Part shown: one piece after another, positions 39,894 through 49,773 of the stretch
Position numbering within the stretch: position 1 is the first letter of the stretch
How the letters are laid out: the number at the start of each line of letters is the position of its first letter
DNA from: a virus
Lineage: Duplodnaviria > Caudoviricetes
IMG/VR virus record: IMGVR_UViG_3300028591_000071
DNA: 64,000 nt
Strand: one strand, 5' to 3'
Program-made: the position numbers and the translations under genes
The notes under the pieces: generated by a model
Database searches by the model: none
The model's input: only the letters and a program-made list of their open reading frames with translations
What the model was told of the DNA's origin: nothing

Positions 39894-41081
39894 ATGAAAC
39901 AAGAAGAAGCAATAGAAAGAATTAAGGCTCGTTTTGATAAATGGGCTTTGGATAATGAAGACATGAAAGCGATTCAAACCCTTATTCCCGAACTCCGCGA
40001 GAACGAGGACGAGAGGATAAGAAAGGCGTTGATTGAGGGTGTGAGACAAATTCGTTGTAAGAATGGTATCACGCAAGAACAGATGGTTGCTTACCTCGAA
40101 AAGCAGAAAGAAACAGGGATTCAATGGTTTAAAAGTGATAATGTGAAAAATCCCGACAAGCCGTATATTGACAAGGCAGGAATGTTTTACACGACTGACG
40201 GCAGAATGTGTTATGCTTCCGAGATTGAAAAGCAGAAAGAACAGAAGCCAATCAAGTGGACAGATTTGACTTGGAAAGATATAGTTGAGCTTGAAGGTAT
40301 CATCAATAATGTCCACTACGATTTCAGTGATGGAATAGGCCAAGAATCATTCGGAAAAGAAGTTCTTGAGAGATTTCGTAGTACAAAGGGCATAGAATAT
40401 CTTGATGAAGCAGAACAAAAGTATTGGCGAGAAGAGGGACAGAAAGAGCAGAAACTTGCTTGCGAAGACAATTTTAAGTGGACAAGTCAAGATGAAAGAT
40501 GTAGAGGCAAACTAATAGATATACTTGAACTCGCTGATATAAAATATCCAGCAACAAAAGATAGTAGAGACGAATTGTGGGAATGGCTAAAAGAATTACC
40601 AATGAAATTCCCCAACAAAAATGCTTTTGTATATGGTACTTTAGATAGTGACGATAAGTGGTCACAAACCGAAGAAATCTTAGGCGTTGATGGGAATCCT
40701 ACTTGCTATAAGCAGAAGCCCGCAGATGATAAATCCTTTGAAGAATGGATTGATGATTGGTGGAAATACAATAAGGTAAACAATCCTGATTCATATAACA
40801 AAGGCGATGAAATTCAATTCGACGAACAGGGTTTCAAGAGATTTTGCCGGGGCATTAGAAATATGTATCAACAGAAGCTCGTACATACCGCAAAAGAGAT
40901 GTGGAAAGAAATGAGGCTTGAGACATATGCTCAGGCATCTGGCAATCGCCACGAGCCAAATTATTCTGATGATTCTACGAAAATGTTTTCACTTTGTGAT
41001 ATAGACGAAATCTTCGAGAAAATCGATAATTCTATTGTTGGTTACAGCCCACAGATGATGTATCCAAAGAAGTATGTATAA
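39894..41081 (+). CDS. Family C modular protein
   Basis: Modules delimited by EDERIRK, YLEKQKE, KEQKP. Confidence 0.7.
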   Translation: MKQEEAIERIKARFDKWALDNEDMKAIQTLIPELRENEDERIRKALIEGVRQIRCKNGITQEQMVAYLEKQKETGIQWFKSDNVKNPDKPYIDKAGMFYTTDGRMCYASEIEKQKEQKPIKWTDLTWKDIVELEGIINNVHYDFSDGIGQESFGKEVLERFRSTKGIEYLDEAEQKYWREEGQKEQKLACEDNFKWTSQDERCRGKLIDILELADIKYPATKDSRDELWEWLKELPMKFPNKNAFVYGTLDSDDKWSQTEEILGVDGNPTCYKQKPADDKSFEEWIDDWWKYNKVNNPDSYNKGDEIQFDEQGFKRFCRGIRNMYQQKLVHTAKEMWKEMRLETYAQASGNRHEPNYSDDSTKMFSLCDIDEIFEKIDNSIVGYSPQMMYPKKYV

Positions 41082-41093
41082 AAACGATTAGAT

Positions 41094-41405
41094 ATGAGTA
41101 AAGCATTTTTCATTTATAGGGACGGCGAAAAATTCGGGAATCCAACGGGATACACGACAGAGAAAGGCGCGAAGAAATCACTTGTAGGTTGTGATGATTG
41201 GTACAGGCTCCTGATGCCTTATCAACTTCTCAATGCGAAGGAAGACATTAGCGAAGAAATGAAGGCAACAGGTTTCTTCTATTGGAGCAAATACGGCAAC
41301 TGTTGGTTGTTTGACAGGAAGGTTTGGAGCAGGAAAATATGGGCTCCGTATGTCAAGGAACACTATCAGATTATCGAAAAAAATTACGAAATAAATACCG
41401 ATTAG
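41094..41405 (+). CDS. Hypothetical protein
   Basis: ORF bounded by ATTAGATATG on both sides. Confidence 0.55.
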   Translation: MSKAFFIYRDGEKFGNPTGYTTEKGAKKSLVGCDDWYRLLMPYQLLNAKEDISEEMKATGFFYWSKYGNCWLFDRKVWSRKIWAPYVKEHYQIIEKNYEINTD

Positions 41406-41407
41406 AT

Positions 41408-41806
41408 ATGACACAAGAAGAAAAACAGTTACTCTTTAAGGACCTTTGTTCGAGGTTGCCTTATGGGGTTAAATGCAAAATACGTTATACGTTCAATAAC
41501 GAAACAACTTTTGGTGAGGATGTTGAAGCGGAAGAAGATGACGTTCTTGTCAAAATAGACCCACAAATCCAATCTGCATTTTTTGATTGGTATGGTGATT
41601 TTATAAGTATTGAAAATTTCAAGCCTTATCTCCGCCCAATGTCAAGTATGACGAAAGCAGAAAAGGAGGAATATGAGAAAATGACTGCTTGGGGCTCCTT
41701 TGATTGGGAAATGGTTGATTTCTATAATGAGCATCACTTTGATTATCGTGGATTGATACCTATGGGCCTCGCTCTTGAAGCACCTGAGGGAATGTATAAA
41801 CAGTAA
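41408..41806 (+). CDS. Family A paralog
   Basis: Conserved termini. Confidence 0.75.
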   Translation: MTQEEKQLLFKDLCSRLPYGVKCKIRYTFNNETTFGEDVEAEEDDVLVKIDPQIQSAFFDWYGDFISIENFKPYLRPMSSMTKAEKEEYEKMTAWGSFDWEMVDFYNEHHFDYRGLIPMGLALEAPEGMYKQ

Positions 41807-41920
41807 ATGATATGGACAAGGCGGAATATAATGTAACAATGTATCATTGCTACGTGAAATGCAAGCCACAGGAGGAAAAATGCAAGGACTGCGAGTTATT
41901 AAAGATTTATAGGGAAATAT

Positions 41921-42283
41921 ATGACACAGGAAGAAAAACAACTATTGCTGATTGATTTAAGTGCGAGGCTACCTTATGGAGTAAAAGTTCATATCACAGA
42001 CGAGTGGTTTTATGATAAGATTGAACCATATGATAGAAGACTTGATTGTGATGTTATAAAACATATAAGAGAAAATCGATACACAGTCAAGCCATATCTC
42101 CGTCCAATGTCAAGTATGACAATGGAAGAGAAAAGAGAGTATATCCCTGTTGGAAGAGGTATGTCCCCCGATAATCCAAGTGTTTTAGCTGATTGGCTCA
42201 ACGAACATTACTTTGACTATCGTGGTTTAATCCCAATGGGGCTTGCTCTTGAAGCACCTGCAGGAATGTATAAAGCAGTATAA
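41921..42283 (+). CDS. Family A paralog
   Basis: Conserved termini. Confidence 0.75.
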   Translation: MTQEEKQLLLIDLSARLPYGVKVHITDEWFYDKIEPYDRRLDCDVIKHIRENRYTVKPYLRPMSSMTMEEKREYIPVGRGMSPDNPSVLADWLNEHYFDYRGLIPMGLALEAPAGMYKAV

Positions 42284-42296
42284 AACACAGAAAAAA

Positions 42297-42515
42297 ATGG
42301 ATTACGAAAATTTTATAAATGAATACGATAAACAGCATGCTTGCTGCCCAATATGTCACAGTGAGAATTTTTCTTCAACAATGGTGGCATATCCCTACTA
42401 TGAAGAACATCCTGAAAATTACAAAGACAGGAATCGTGTGAGATGCCATGATTGTGGATGGGTAGGAATACGGCACGAACTTATTCCAATTATAAAGATG
42501 AGTAAAAAGAAATAA
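42297..42515 (+). CDS. Zn-ribbon protein
   Basis: CPIC...CHDC. Confidence 0.6.
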   Translation: MDYENFINEYDKQHACCPICHSENFSSTMVAYPYYEEHPENYKDRNRVRCHDCGWVGIRHELIPIIKMSKKK

Positions 42516-42528
42516 TAGAGATAGAAAT

Positions 42529-43182
42529 ATGAAACAAGAAGATAAACAACTTTTATTAATAGATTTATCTGCAAGGTTGCCTTATAAGGTGAAGGGGGTA
42601 TATGCCAGAACCGATATTAAAAACCTGTCCATATGTGAAATCACCGCGCATCTATATGGTGAGATGGAAGAATCATTTAATGGAAAAGAAAAATGCGAGT
42701 TTATCCCCTATCTCCGCCCAATGTCAAGTATGACGGAGGAAGAAGAAAATGAATATAGAGCAATAAATTGTTATGAAGGCTTATTTCCTCGTAATGAAGA
42801 AGCCCTTGATTATGTTCTTGAACATCATTTTGACTATCGCGGCTTGATTGAAAAAGGTTTTGCTCTTGAAGCACCTCCGGGGATGTATAATAAAGAAGAG
42901 TCAGAAAAAGAGAGTGAGATTCCCATCCCAAAAACCGTTGATGAGGCAGTAAAAACTTTGGCTAAGATAGTTTCAAAAGAAGACAGGGATTACCTTCTCG
43001 AAAACGGTGCAATTTCAATGCATAACTCATTGGGTAGATGGATTAGGAATGAATGGGGACTATGGACCGGTTCTGAACTTAAAGATGAGATGATGAATAT
43101 GAATAAAGGCCTTAATCACCCTGATGATATGTCGAATTATATTATAGAAGAATTCATTAAATATTGGAATAGTAAAATATGA
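42529..43182 (+). CDS. Family A paralog with a fused C-terminal domain (DUF6794-like)
   Basis: After EAPPGMY: PKTVDEAV..HNSLGRWIRNEWGLW..HPDDMS. Confidence 0.65.
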   Translation: MKQEDKQLLLIDLSARLPYKVKGVYARTDIKNLSICEITAHLYGEMEESFNGKEKCEFIPYLRPMSSMTEEEENEYRAINCYEGLFPRNEEALDYVLEHHFDYRGLIEKGFALEAPPGMYNKEESEKESEIPIPKTVDEAVKTLAKIVSKEDRDYLLENGAISMHNSLGRWIRNEWGLWTGSELKDEMMNMNKGLNHPDDMSNYIIEEFIKYWNSKI

Positions 43183-43574
43183 TGACTGAGGACTACGTTA
43201 GTTTTGAAACGGCAAAACTCCTGAAAGAAAAGGGGTTTGATGGAGATGGCAGTCATTTCTATGAAAATAAAAAGATTGTTAGTTTTGTTGATTATTGGAA
43301 TAGAATAACACCTTATGAAAGGTATTGTGCTATAGAATGCCCAACCCTCCAAATGGCTATGAAGTGGTTGAGGGAAGTGCATAATCTCCATTGTGCTGTT
43401 GATTATGATTTTGCCCTCGGATGGTATTGCCAAATTACTAGCCTCAAAGAAACCGTTGAATACGATTACGAAGAATTAGTGAAACATTATCATCCGGAGA
43501 AGAACAGCGGTTTTTCATCCCCAGAAGAAGCCTGTGAATCGGCTATTAAGTATTGTCTTGAAAATTTGATTTAG
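43179..43574 (+). CDS. Family B paralog
   Basis: Conserved termini and PTLQMAMKWLRE. Confidence 0.75.
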   Translation: MMTEDYVSFETAKLLKEKGFDGDGSHFYENKKIVSFVDYWNRITPYERYCAIECPTLQMAMKWLREVHNLHCAVDYDFALGWYCQITSLKETVEYDYEELVKHYHPEKNSGFSSPEEACESAIKYCLENLI

Positions 43575-43884
43575 ATGGACAACACAGTAACAACAGAGAA
43601 ACTTAATCTGTATCTCTTCTCAGGAAGTCCTTCGAGGCTTTGCATTTGTTTTTGCCAATAAATCTTTGTATTTTTATATAAATAAGAATTATAACAAGAG
43701 AAAAAATGAAAACAACATTAACCTTGGGTGACATTGGAACGATAACAATCCCAAAGAAAAAAGAAGCTCAACAGTGGCTTTATTCGCTAATTGAAAGTTT
43801 TGTGTGGAGAAAGGATTATCCATATAGTAAAACTCAAATTCTTAAATATATTGCTGAATTATAAACACAATACAGGTAAGAATT

Positions 43885-45873
43885 ATGACAAGAGAAGAAG
43901 CAATAAAAGAAATCAAGATGTGGGGAATCGAAGCCCCAAGACAAAGAGAAGCACTTGAAACACTCATCCCCGAACTCAAAGAGACCGAGGACGAGAGGAT
44001 AAGAAAAGCGCTTATTAACCTCGTAAGTACGGTTGGAGAGTATTATCTCCCGAAACTTGAAGCCAGAAACAAGATGCTTGCCTACCTTGAAAAGCAAGAG
44101 ATATTTTCAAAAAATGGAGAAGGTTGTTACTATTATCACGCAGATGGTAATTATACTTTTATTGGCTCGATGGGGTTCGGACCAATCGAAGATATAAAAC
44201 TTAACGGGGAGCGACCTAAAACCGAAAATAATAGCGTTGACTTGTCAGGTGCTTGTCTTTGTGTAGAAAAACAGAAAGAAGCAAGTAAAGCAATAGAAGC
44301 GGTAGATAGGATTGACAAGTACATTGATGAACATCTTGCCAATGCTCATGATATGAAGGATTCCAACCCTGACAAAAAGTATTACCGTGGATGGGATGAC
44401 GCTCTTGGTGAAATGGCTAGAATATTGCAAGATGTTTATTCGGGAGAAAAGCAGAAAGAATCTTTACATATTTCCGAAACATGTAAAGAAAGTGCTGATT
44501 CTTTTACAGATGAGGACGAGAGGATAAGGAAATGGTTGTATGACTATATAAGTAATTGTCCTAATAATAACTTTGCCTTCTACGGTGGGGTCGGTAAAGA
44601 TGCAGTCTTGAACTACCTCGAAAAGCAGAAAGAAGAGGAAGGATATGAGGAAATTCCTGTGGAATCCACACTTGAATATAAGTTGGGATTTAAAGCGGGC
44701 AAGGAATCTGAAAAACAGAAAGAGCAAGAACATATTTGTGATTCATATCAATTTGAGGAAGGATTCAAGACAGGTTTAGAAATAGGCTTGAGGAATCAGA
44801 AAGAGCAAAAGCCCATACGCGATATTATATCCGGTGATGCTATTGAGTCTTGTATGCTTCGTTATCTCCAATCCGCCGCTAATCGGAAGGATGACATTGA
44901 AATTATTGAAGATACGAAAAAATATAAAAAGGAACTTCTTGAAATAATCGAAAAAGAGCAGAAGCCAGTGGAATGGGACGATGATGAGATGATGTGTAAA
45001 AGGGCAATAGCGATATTAAAACGACAACGAGACTTTTGGAGTTATGACGGGTCAATGGATAAATTCCCACCAGCAACGCCGAGAAAAGACCTTGTCAATG
45101 CTCTTGATATTGCTATATCTTACCTTGAAAAGCATAAACTTGATGCTTCAAAACTTGAGAACTTTGACCCTGTTGATGTACTTAATAGGATAAAGACGGA
45201 GTGGCCGATGGCTTGGGAAAAAGTTGTCGGAAAGCAAGAGTGGAGCGAAAAGGATGAACGGATAAGGAAAGGATTAATTAACTTCCTTCGTTCTTCGTTC
45301 ATCAAAGAAAACGTCACTGATGAAACGGTTGCCCCGTGGATTACCTACCTTGAAAGGCAGAAGCCGTTCGTTACAATACCTGCGACTGAAATTGTCAAAA
45401 ACGAGCCAATGGAGATGCCAAGCGGAGAGTCTCTCGATGCTTTAGCAGATGTTGTACAAGCCAAAGATTGGAAGCCCACCGAGAAACAAAAATATGATGG
45501 AAATATGGATAATGAATGTATTAAGCTTTGTAATACTCTCAATTCCATCCCATCAATAGATACATTTGAATCTTGCTGCGGGCATTTGAAAGACAGGTAT
45601 TCTATATGGTTTTTCTGTAATGATATTATTACAATCTCACGACTTGGAAGATGTGTTGAGCGTAATTATTCTGACGGGAAGTGGGAGTTACTTGTGGATT
45701 CAACTGACACCCACCCAACCGGTGTTTTCTGTTTGAGAAGCAAAGTTCCTTTCCAAGATTATGTTGAAATGGATGAATCTGTAAATGAACTGTGTAACGG
45801 TATTCAATATTGGTTTAACGCGAAATTTGATTCCTATTTTAATGCGAGATTGGGAATAACAGAAACAACCTAA
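43885..45873 (+). CDS. Family C modular protein (about 10 modules)
   Basis: Three DERIRK and many EKQ/KEQKP junctions; terminal TFESCCGH domain. Confidence 0.7.
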   Translation: MTREEAIKEIKMWGIEAPRQREALETLIPELKETEDERIRKALINLVSTVGEYYLPKLEARNKMLAYLEKQEIFSKNGEGCYYYHADGNYTFIGSMGFGPIEDIKLNGERPKTENNSVDLSGACLCVEKQKEASKAIEAVDRIDKYIDEHLANAHDMKDSNPDKKYYRGWDDALGEMARILQDVYSGEKQKESLHISETCKESADSFTDEDERIRKWLYDYISNCPNNNFAFYGGVGKDAVLNYLEKQKEEEGYEEIPVESTLEYKLGFKAGKESEKQKEQEHICDSYQFEEGFKTGLEIGLRNQKEQKPIRDIISGDAIESCMLRYLQSAANRKDDIEIIEDTKKYKKELLEIIEKEQKPVEWDDDEMMCKRAIAILKRQRDFWSYDGSMDKFPPATPRKDLVNALDIAISYLEKHKLDASKLENFDPVDVLNRIKTEWPMAWEKVVGKQEWSEKDERIRKGLINFLRSSFIKENVTDETVAPWITYLERQKPFVTIPATEIVKNEPMEMPSGESLDALADVVQAKDWKPTEKQKYDGNMDNECIKLCNTLNSIPSIDTFESCCGHLKDRYSIWFFCNDIITISRLGRCVERNYSDGKWELLVDSTDTHPTGVFCLRSKVPFQDYVEMDESVNELCNGIQYWFNAKFDSYFNARLGITETT

Positions 45874-46112
45874 GAAACTGATATGAGAGAAATAGATTAC
45901 GAAGCCTTACGGATATGGCTTATAGAACATGGCTATTTTGTAGGCAATCATGAAGTAGCAGAAGCATTACGGAAACTTGCTGATATGTGGGATGATTAAA
46001 CTGATGTAAAACATAGGGCAGAGGTACAAGGATGATTTTTAGCAAATTTACCTACCTTGTATTAATGGTCTCTGCCCTTTTAAACATAATGATTTTAATA
46101 TAAGATTAAATT

Positions 46113-47099
46113 ATGGGAGAATTGTATTACGATAGGGAGAACAAAAAGTTCTATGTAAGAGAGATTATAACTGAAAAGAATGGGGACATTCTGATAGCTA
46201 CCGACGAAAAATATGTGGATATAACTGATGAAATCGTTGAACTGTTTCAGGAATACATCGCCAAGGATGGAAGACAAGTGTTATGTTTTGACACCACAAT
46301 GCTTCAGTTACCAGACACAGTGTATAAGGAAGGTAAAAAGTTGGACTATTCCGGTTATCCAAGCGTAGGTAAGACACGGGAAGAAATAAAATCGGAAAAT
46401 AACGTAGATATTAATCGTCTTGAAAAAGATTCAAATTCATTTTTCAAACAAGTTCACGATTCTATTATCTGGCATAGGGGTCTTAGAACAGGCATGGAAC
46501 TTGGTTTTAACGAAGGGACCAAAAGTAAAAGTAAAGTTTTTACTATCGAAGAAATAGAAAACTTCGTTCACGACCATATTCAACAGAAGATTGATAACGA
46601 TGAGTTACATTTGACCGGCATTGGTAACGATAATTTTGAAAGAGAGTTTATGATATATAGAAATGCTCTTTTTGAAGGTATCGTAAATGGCATTAGTATG
46701 TGCAACAACAAAGTAGAAGGCATTGAAGATAATCTCAAATCCCTCCGTCCCCAACCAAAGCAAGAGCGGCCAATTAAAGAGGGGGATAAAGTAAGAATTC
46801 ATTGCCGGAATGATAGGGATAAAGATACAATTGCTATCTTTGATGGTAAAGTTGGCGAGGTAATCCATGTATGGGATGCTAAAAGGAATCCGTGGGGACA
46901 TATTGGCGTTAGACTGGATAACGACTGTAATGACGGTTTTTATGAAGATGAGATTGAAGTCCTTGATGAGTCTCATTGGAAGCCCAACGAGGAGCAAATG
47001 GAGGCCTTAAATTATGCCATTCAAGTGTTGGCTCCAAGGGCTGCAAAAGCATCCGAAGAACTGGAAATCCTTTGTGAACAACTCCAGAGACTGATGTAA
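46113..47099 (+). CDS. Modular protein with SLRPQ / WKP.EEQM modules
   Basis: Long ORF in array, ends EQLQRLM. Confidence 0.6.
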   Translation: MGELYYDRENKKFYVREIITEKNGDILIATDEKYVDITDEIVELFQEYIAKDGRQVLCFDTTMLQLPDTVYKEGKKLDYSGYPSVGKTREEIKSENNVDINRLEKDSNSFFKQVHDSIIWHRGLRTGMELGFNEGTKSKSKVFTIEEIENFVHDHIQQKIDNDELHLTGIGNDNFEREFMIYRNALFEGIVNGISMCNNKVEGIEDNLKSLRPQPKQERPIKEGDKVRIHCRNDRDKDTIAIFDGKVGEVIHVWDAKRNPWGHIGVRLDNDCNDGFYEDEIEVLDESHWKPNEEQMEALNYAIQVLAPRAAKASEELEILCEQLQRLM

Positions 47100-47389
47100 A
47101 ACCATAGGGTGCGAAGTAGAATAATAGAAATATTGGAGCGGGTCATGCCGTACTGCATACACCGTGATTTATTACGGTTACTCCGTAAAAGTATGCAACG
47201 CACCCTTTTAATTGATTAAGATATGAGACTATTTCATAAACATAAATGGGAGTTAGTTGAAAACAAACTTGTTAAAGTATATGCCAGGACAGATGCCGAG
47301 ACAGAACGTCCAGTTGAATTTCACTATGTAGAAATTCAAAGGTGTAAAGACTGTGGTAAGATAAGAAAACAGATAATAAAGTTTTAGCC

Positions 47390-47632
47390 ATGTGTAACAT
47401 AGAATTTCCACACTTTGGTGCGTCATATCCCGATGCTCATTGTATAGATGGTTATCTATATGATATGGACTCCTATGAAGATGGAGCATATACTATCGGC
47501 GGTGATGACCCCTGCCCCTTCTGCAACACGGAAGAATGGCTGAAGGACGTTCTTGATGATGAAATCTTTAAAACACAAGAGGAAGCCCTTGGATGGGTTG
47601 AAAAAATGAGGACAAGATATGAAATACATTGA
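47390..47632 (+). CDS. Small Cys-containing phage protein
   Basis: FGASYPDAHCIDGYLYD.D..GGDDPCPFCN. Confidence 0.6.
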   Translation: MCNIEFPHFGASYPDAHCIDGYLYDMDSYEDGAYTIGGDDPCPFCNTEEWLKDVLDDEIFKTQEEALGWVEKMRTRYEIH

Positions 47633-47912
47633 CGTAGAACTTCTCCGTGAGAGAATTGAGAAGATTCAATATGCAATAGAACCAATGTTTATTAAAGGAG
47701 ATGATTCTGTTTATGATGGAGAGAATGATGCATATAATAGGGTGCTTCGTATCATCGACTCTCTCGAGCAGGAGCAAGAAAGTGTTGCTGAAAGATTCGC
47801 AAGAATAGTTCGTGGGAATCTAATCGGAATAGACAAAGACGTGCAACAAAAGTTTGAGCAACTTTACTTTGAAATTACTGGAAATAAAATGTATGGAGGT
47901 TACAATGACTAA
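47619..47912 (+). CDS. Family D paralog
   Basis: KYID..IDSL..FEQLYFEITGNKMYGGYND. Confidence 0.65.
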   Translation: MKYIDVELLRERIEKIQYAIEPMFIKGDDSVYDGENDAYNRVLRIIDSLEQEQESVAERFARIVRGNLIGIDKDVQQKFEQLYFEITGNKMYGGYND

Positions 47913-48237
47913 ATATATTGATGCAGAAAAGCTGATTGCTTTGCTTGAACAAAGAAAGAAGCAGTTGGCACGGTGGACTGACAAAGAATATGCAAATCAA
48001 CGTATTGATGAGATTGATTGTATTCTTGATGTTGATATTGACTCTTTCCAGCAGGAAACTTCAGAAATAAGTCTTGAAGAGTTTACCGAAAAAATGAAAG
48101 ATTGGAAAGCAAGATATAACTATCCAGACAATATTCCAATTAAAGCTACAATGGCTTTTACTGCAAGAATGTTCTATATGTACCCTGATGTTGCAAGAGA
48201 ATGGTATGATGGATTACCTAAAGTAACACAAGATTAG
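47905..48237 (+). CDS. Family D paralog
   Basis: MTKYIDAEKL..IDSFQQE. Confidence 0.65.
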   Translation: MTKYIDAEKLIALLEQRKKQLARWTDKEYANQRIDEIDCILDVDIDSFQQETSEISLEEFTEKMKDWKARYNYPDNIPIKATMAFTARMFYMYPDVAREWYDGLPKVTQD

Positions 48238-48239
48238 TT

Positions 48240-48551
48240 ATGACTAAATACATTGATGCAGAAAAACTGGCAAGTAAGGTAAAGAAACTTAATATAGTAA
48301 CAAAGACATATGAGGAGCAAGTTTCTTTTTCTACTGCTCTTTTAATGGTTATTGAACTCATTGATACTCTCAGCAAGGAACAGACGGATGTGGATTTGGA
48401 GAAGGAGGTTGAAGAATACTTTCAAGGATATTGGCCCGGAATGGAAACGGCAGAGCAATGTAATACTGATTTGCATTTTACACCACCGTCGATAATGCGA
48501 ATGATAGAGCACTTCTTCGAACTTGGACAATGTAACGCAAGAAAGAAATGA
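48240..48551 (+). CDS. Family D paralog
   Basis: MTKYIDAEKL..IDTL..DLEKE. Confidence 0.65.
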   Translation: MTKYIDAEKLASKVKKLNIVTKTYEEQVSFSTALLMVIELIDTLSKEQTDVDLEKEVEEYFQGYWPGMETAEQCNTDLHFTPPSIMRMIEHFFELGQCNARKK

Positions 48552-48846
48552 AACAATATGTTAAAATAGACCGAAAAGTGTTGTTTGAGATTTGTGATGC
48601 GATTCTTGAACACGATGGATATGCAGATGAAAATTTCTGTCCGGAGAATGATGTCCCGTGCTATTGGCATTATTGGGATAAAGACTTCCGCAGAAAGGTA
48701 GAAAACATTAGAAAGAACTCTTAACGCAAGAAAGGAGGAAAAGAAATGACAACAGCAGCATTATGGGCAATAGCAGTCGCCCTGGGAGGAATATGGATAG
48801 TCTTATCAGACATCAGGGACATCTTAAAAAACAAGGAGGAACAGAA

Positions 48847-49533
48847 ATGAGCGACATTGAGAAGATACGTCAATATATTGAAAGGCGAAAGAAAGAACTG
48901 GAAGAACAAATTGTGGATATTTACGATTCAAAGGCCGCTCTACGGAAAGACGAACTGCAAAAACTTCTTTCCTTCATTGACTCCCTGCCAGAAGAAAAGC
49001 CGTCAGAGAACTTGAATAAACTTATACAAAAATGGGACAGAATTGACATCAATACGGTTTTGAAAGTAAAAGTCAAAGCAACAGGGAAAGTTATTGATGG
49101 ATTCTATGATGGAAGGGGACATTTTGACCACTTCATTGACCATGATGTCTTTGATAGGTATTCTATTGATGAGGTGGAATTGATACCAGATGAAGAGCCA
49201 AGCAAAGGTTTGGATGTAATTGATTTCTGCAAACCCATTGACCCCGGTATTGCACAATGTATTGCTGACCATTGGTGGGAAATGTTGGGAGATAAAGAAC
49301 CCGACAAGAGTCAGGAGGAAGCGGCAATAACATACAGCAAACAAGTCTCCGATGGTCATAATTACCGCGACCTACGAGCTGGCTTTATCGCCGGAGATAA
49401 GTGGGGCGCTGAACAGTTTGCTAAAATAGTTCGTGCAAATCTGTCTGAAATTGGGAAAAATGCACAATCTCAATTCGAGCAACTTTACTTTGAAATTACA
49501 GGAACTAAAATGTATGGAGGATACAATGACTAA
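48847..49533 (+). CDS. Family D modular paralog
   Basis: IDSLPEE..FEQLYFEITGTKMYGGYND; 3' end duplicates 47844-47916. Confidence 0.65.
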   Translation: MSDIEKIRQYIERRKKELEEQIVDIYDSKAALRKDELQKLLSFIDSLPEEKPSENLNKLIQKWDRIDINTVLKVKVKATGKVIDGFYDGRGHFDHFIDHDVFDRYSIDEVELIPDEEPSKGLDVIDFCKPIDPGIAQCIADHWWEMLGDKEPDKSQEEAAITYSKQVSDGHNYRDLRAGFIAGDKWGAEQFAKIVRANLSEIGKNAQSQFEQLYFEITGTKMYGGYND

Positions 49534-49608
49534 ATAATAGGGAACGATATACTTGTTTACACTAAGCTCTTGACTCTTTCCAGAGAAACAATATATTTAT
49601 AGAAAAAG

Positions 49609-49748
49609 GAAGCCACATTGCAGTGCCTATTTCCGACGAGTGCTACAAACAATCAAGGACTGGCCAATCAAGTGAGCGCTCTACATAACCTCAGACCCGC
49701 ATTGCAGATTTCAGCAAGCGAAAAAGAAAACACTGGCGTTGTGGCTTC
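49609..49748 (+). ncRNA. Candidate structured ncRNA (~140 nt)
   Basis: Ends pair (GAAGCCACA/TGTGGCTTC, CAGTG/CACTG); lies between ATATTTAT (49593-49600) and a terminator. Confidence 0.45.
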
Positions 49749-49773
49749 TACCTATAAAGGTAACTAAAAATTG

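Larger units (their letters stand above)
33937..49590 (+). repeat. Co-oriented array of about 40 small genes built from four paralog families with conserved ends
   Basis: Recurring DNA/peptide ends ATGACACAGGAAGA (MTQEE), GAAGCACCTGAAG..ATGTATAAAACTGAATA (EAPEGMYKTE), ATGATTACNGAAGATTA (MITEDY), TATTGTCTTGAAAATTTGATTTAG (YCLENLI). Confidence 0.85.

Noticed and set aside
45490-45873. TYW3-like tRNA methyltransferase call for the TFESCCGH domain
   Set aside because: Only a short motif resemblance; not enough support without a profile search.
33937-49590. CRISPR array, DGR or classical integron as the cause of the repeats
   Set aside because: Repeats are degenerate, coding and irregularly spaced. 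No cas gene, reverse transcriptase, adenine-specific TR/VR pair or tyrosine integrase is visible in the window.
49630-49725. Hammerhead ribozyme (CCGACGA ... CGAAA)
   Set aside because: The core deviates from CUGANGA, and the stem following it is not directly followed by GAAA.
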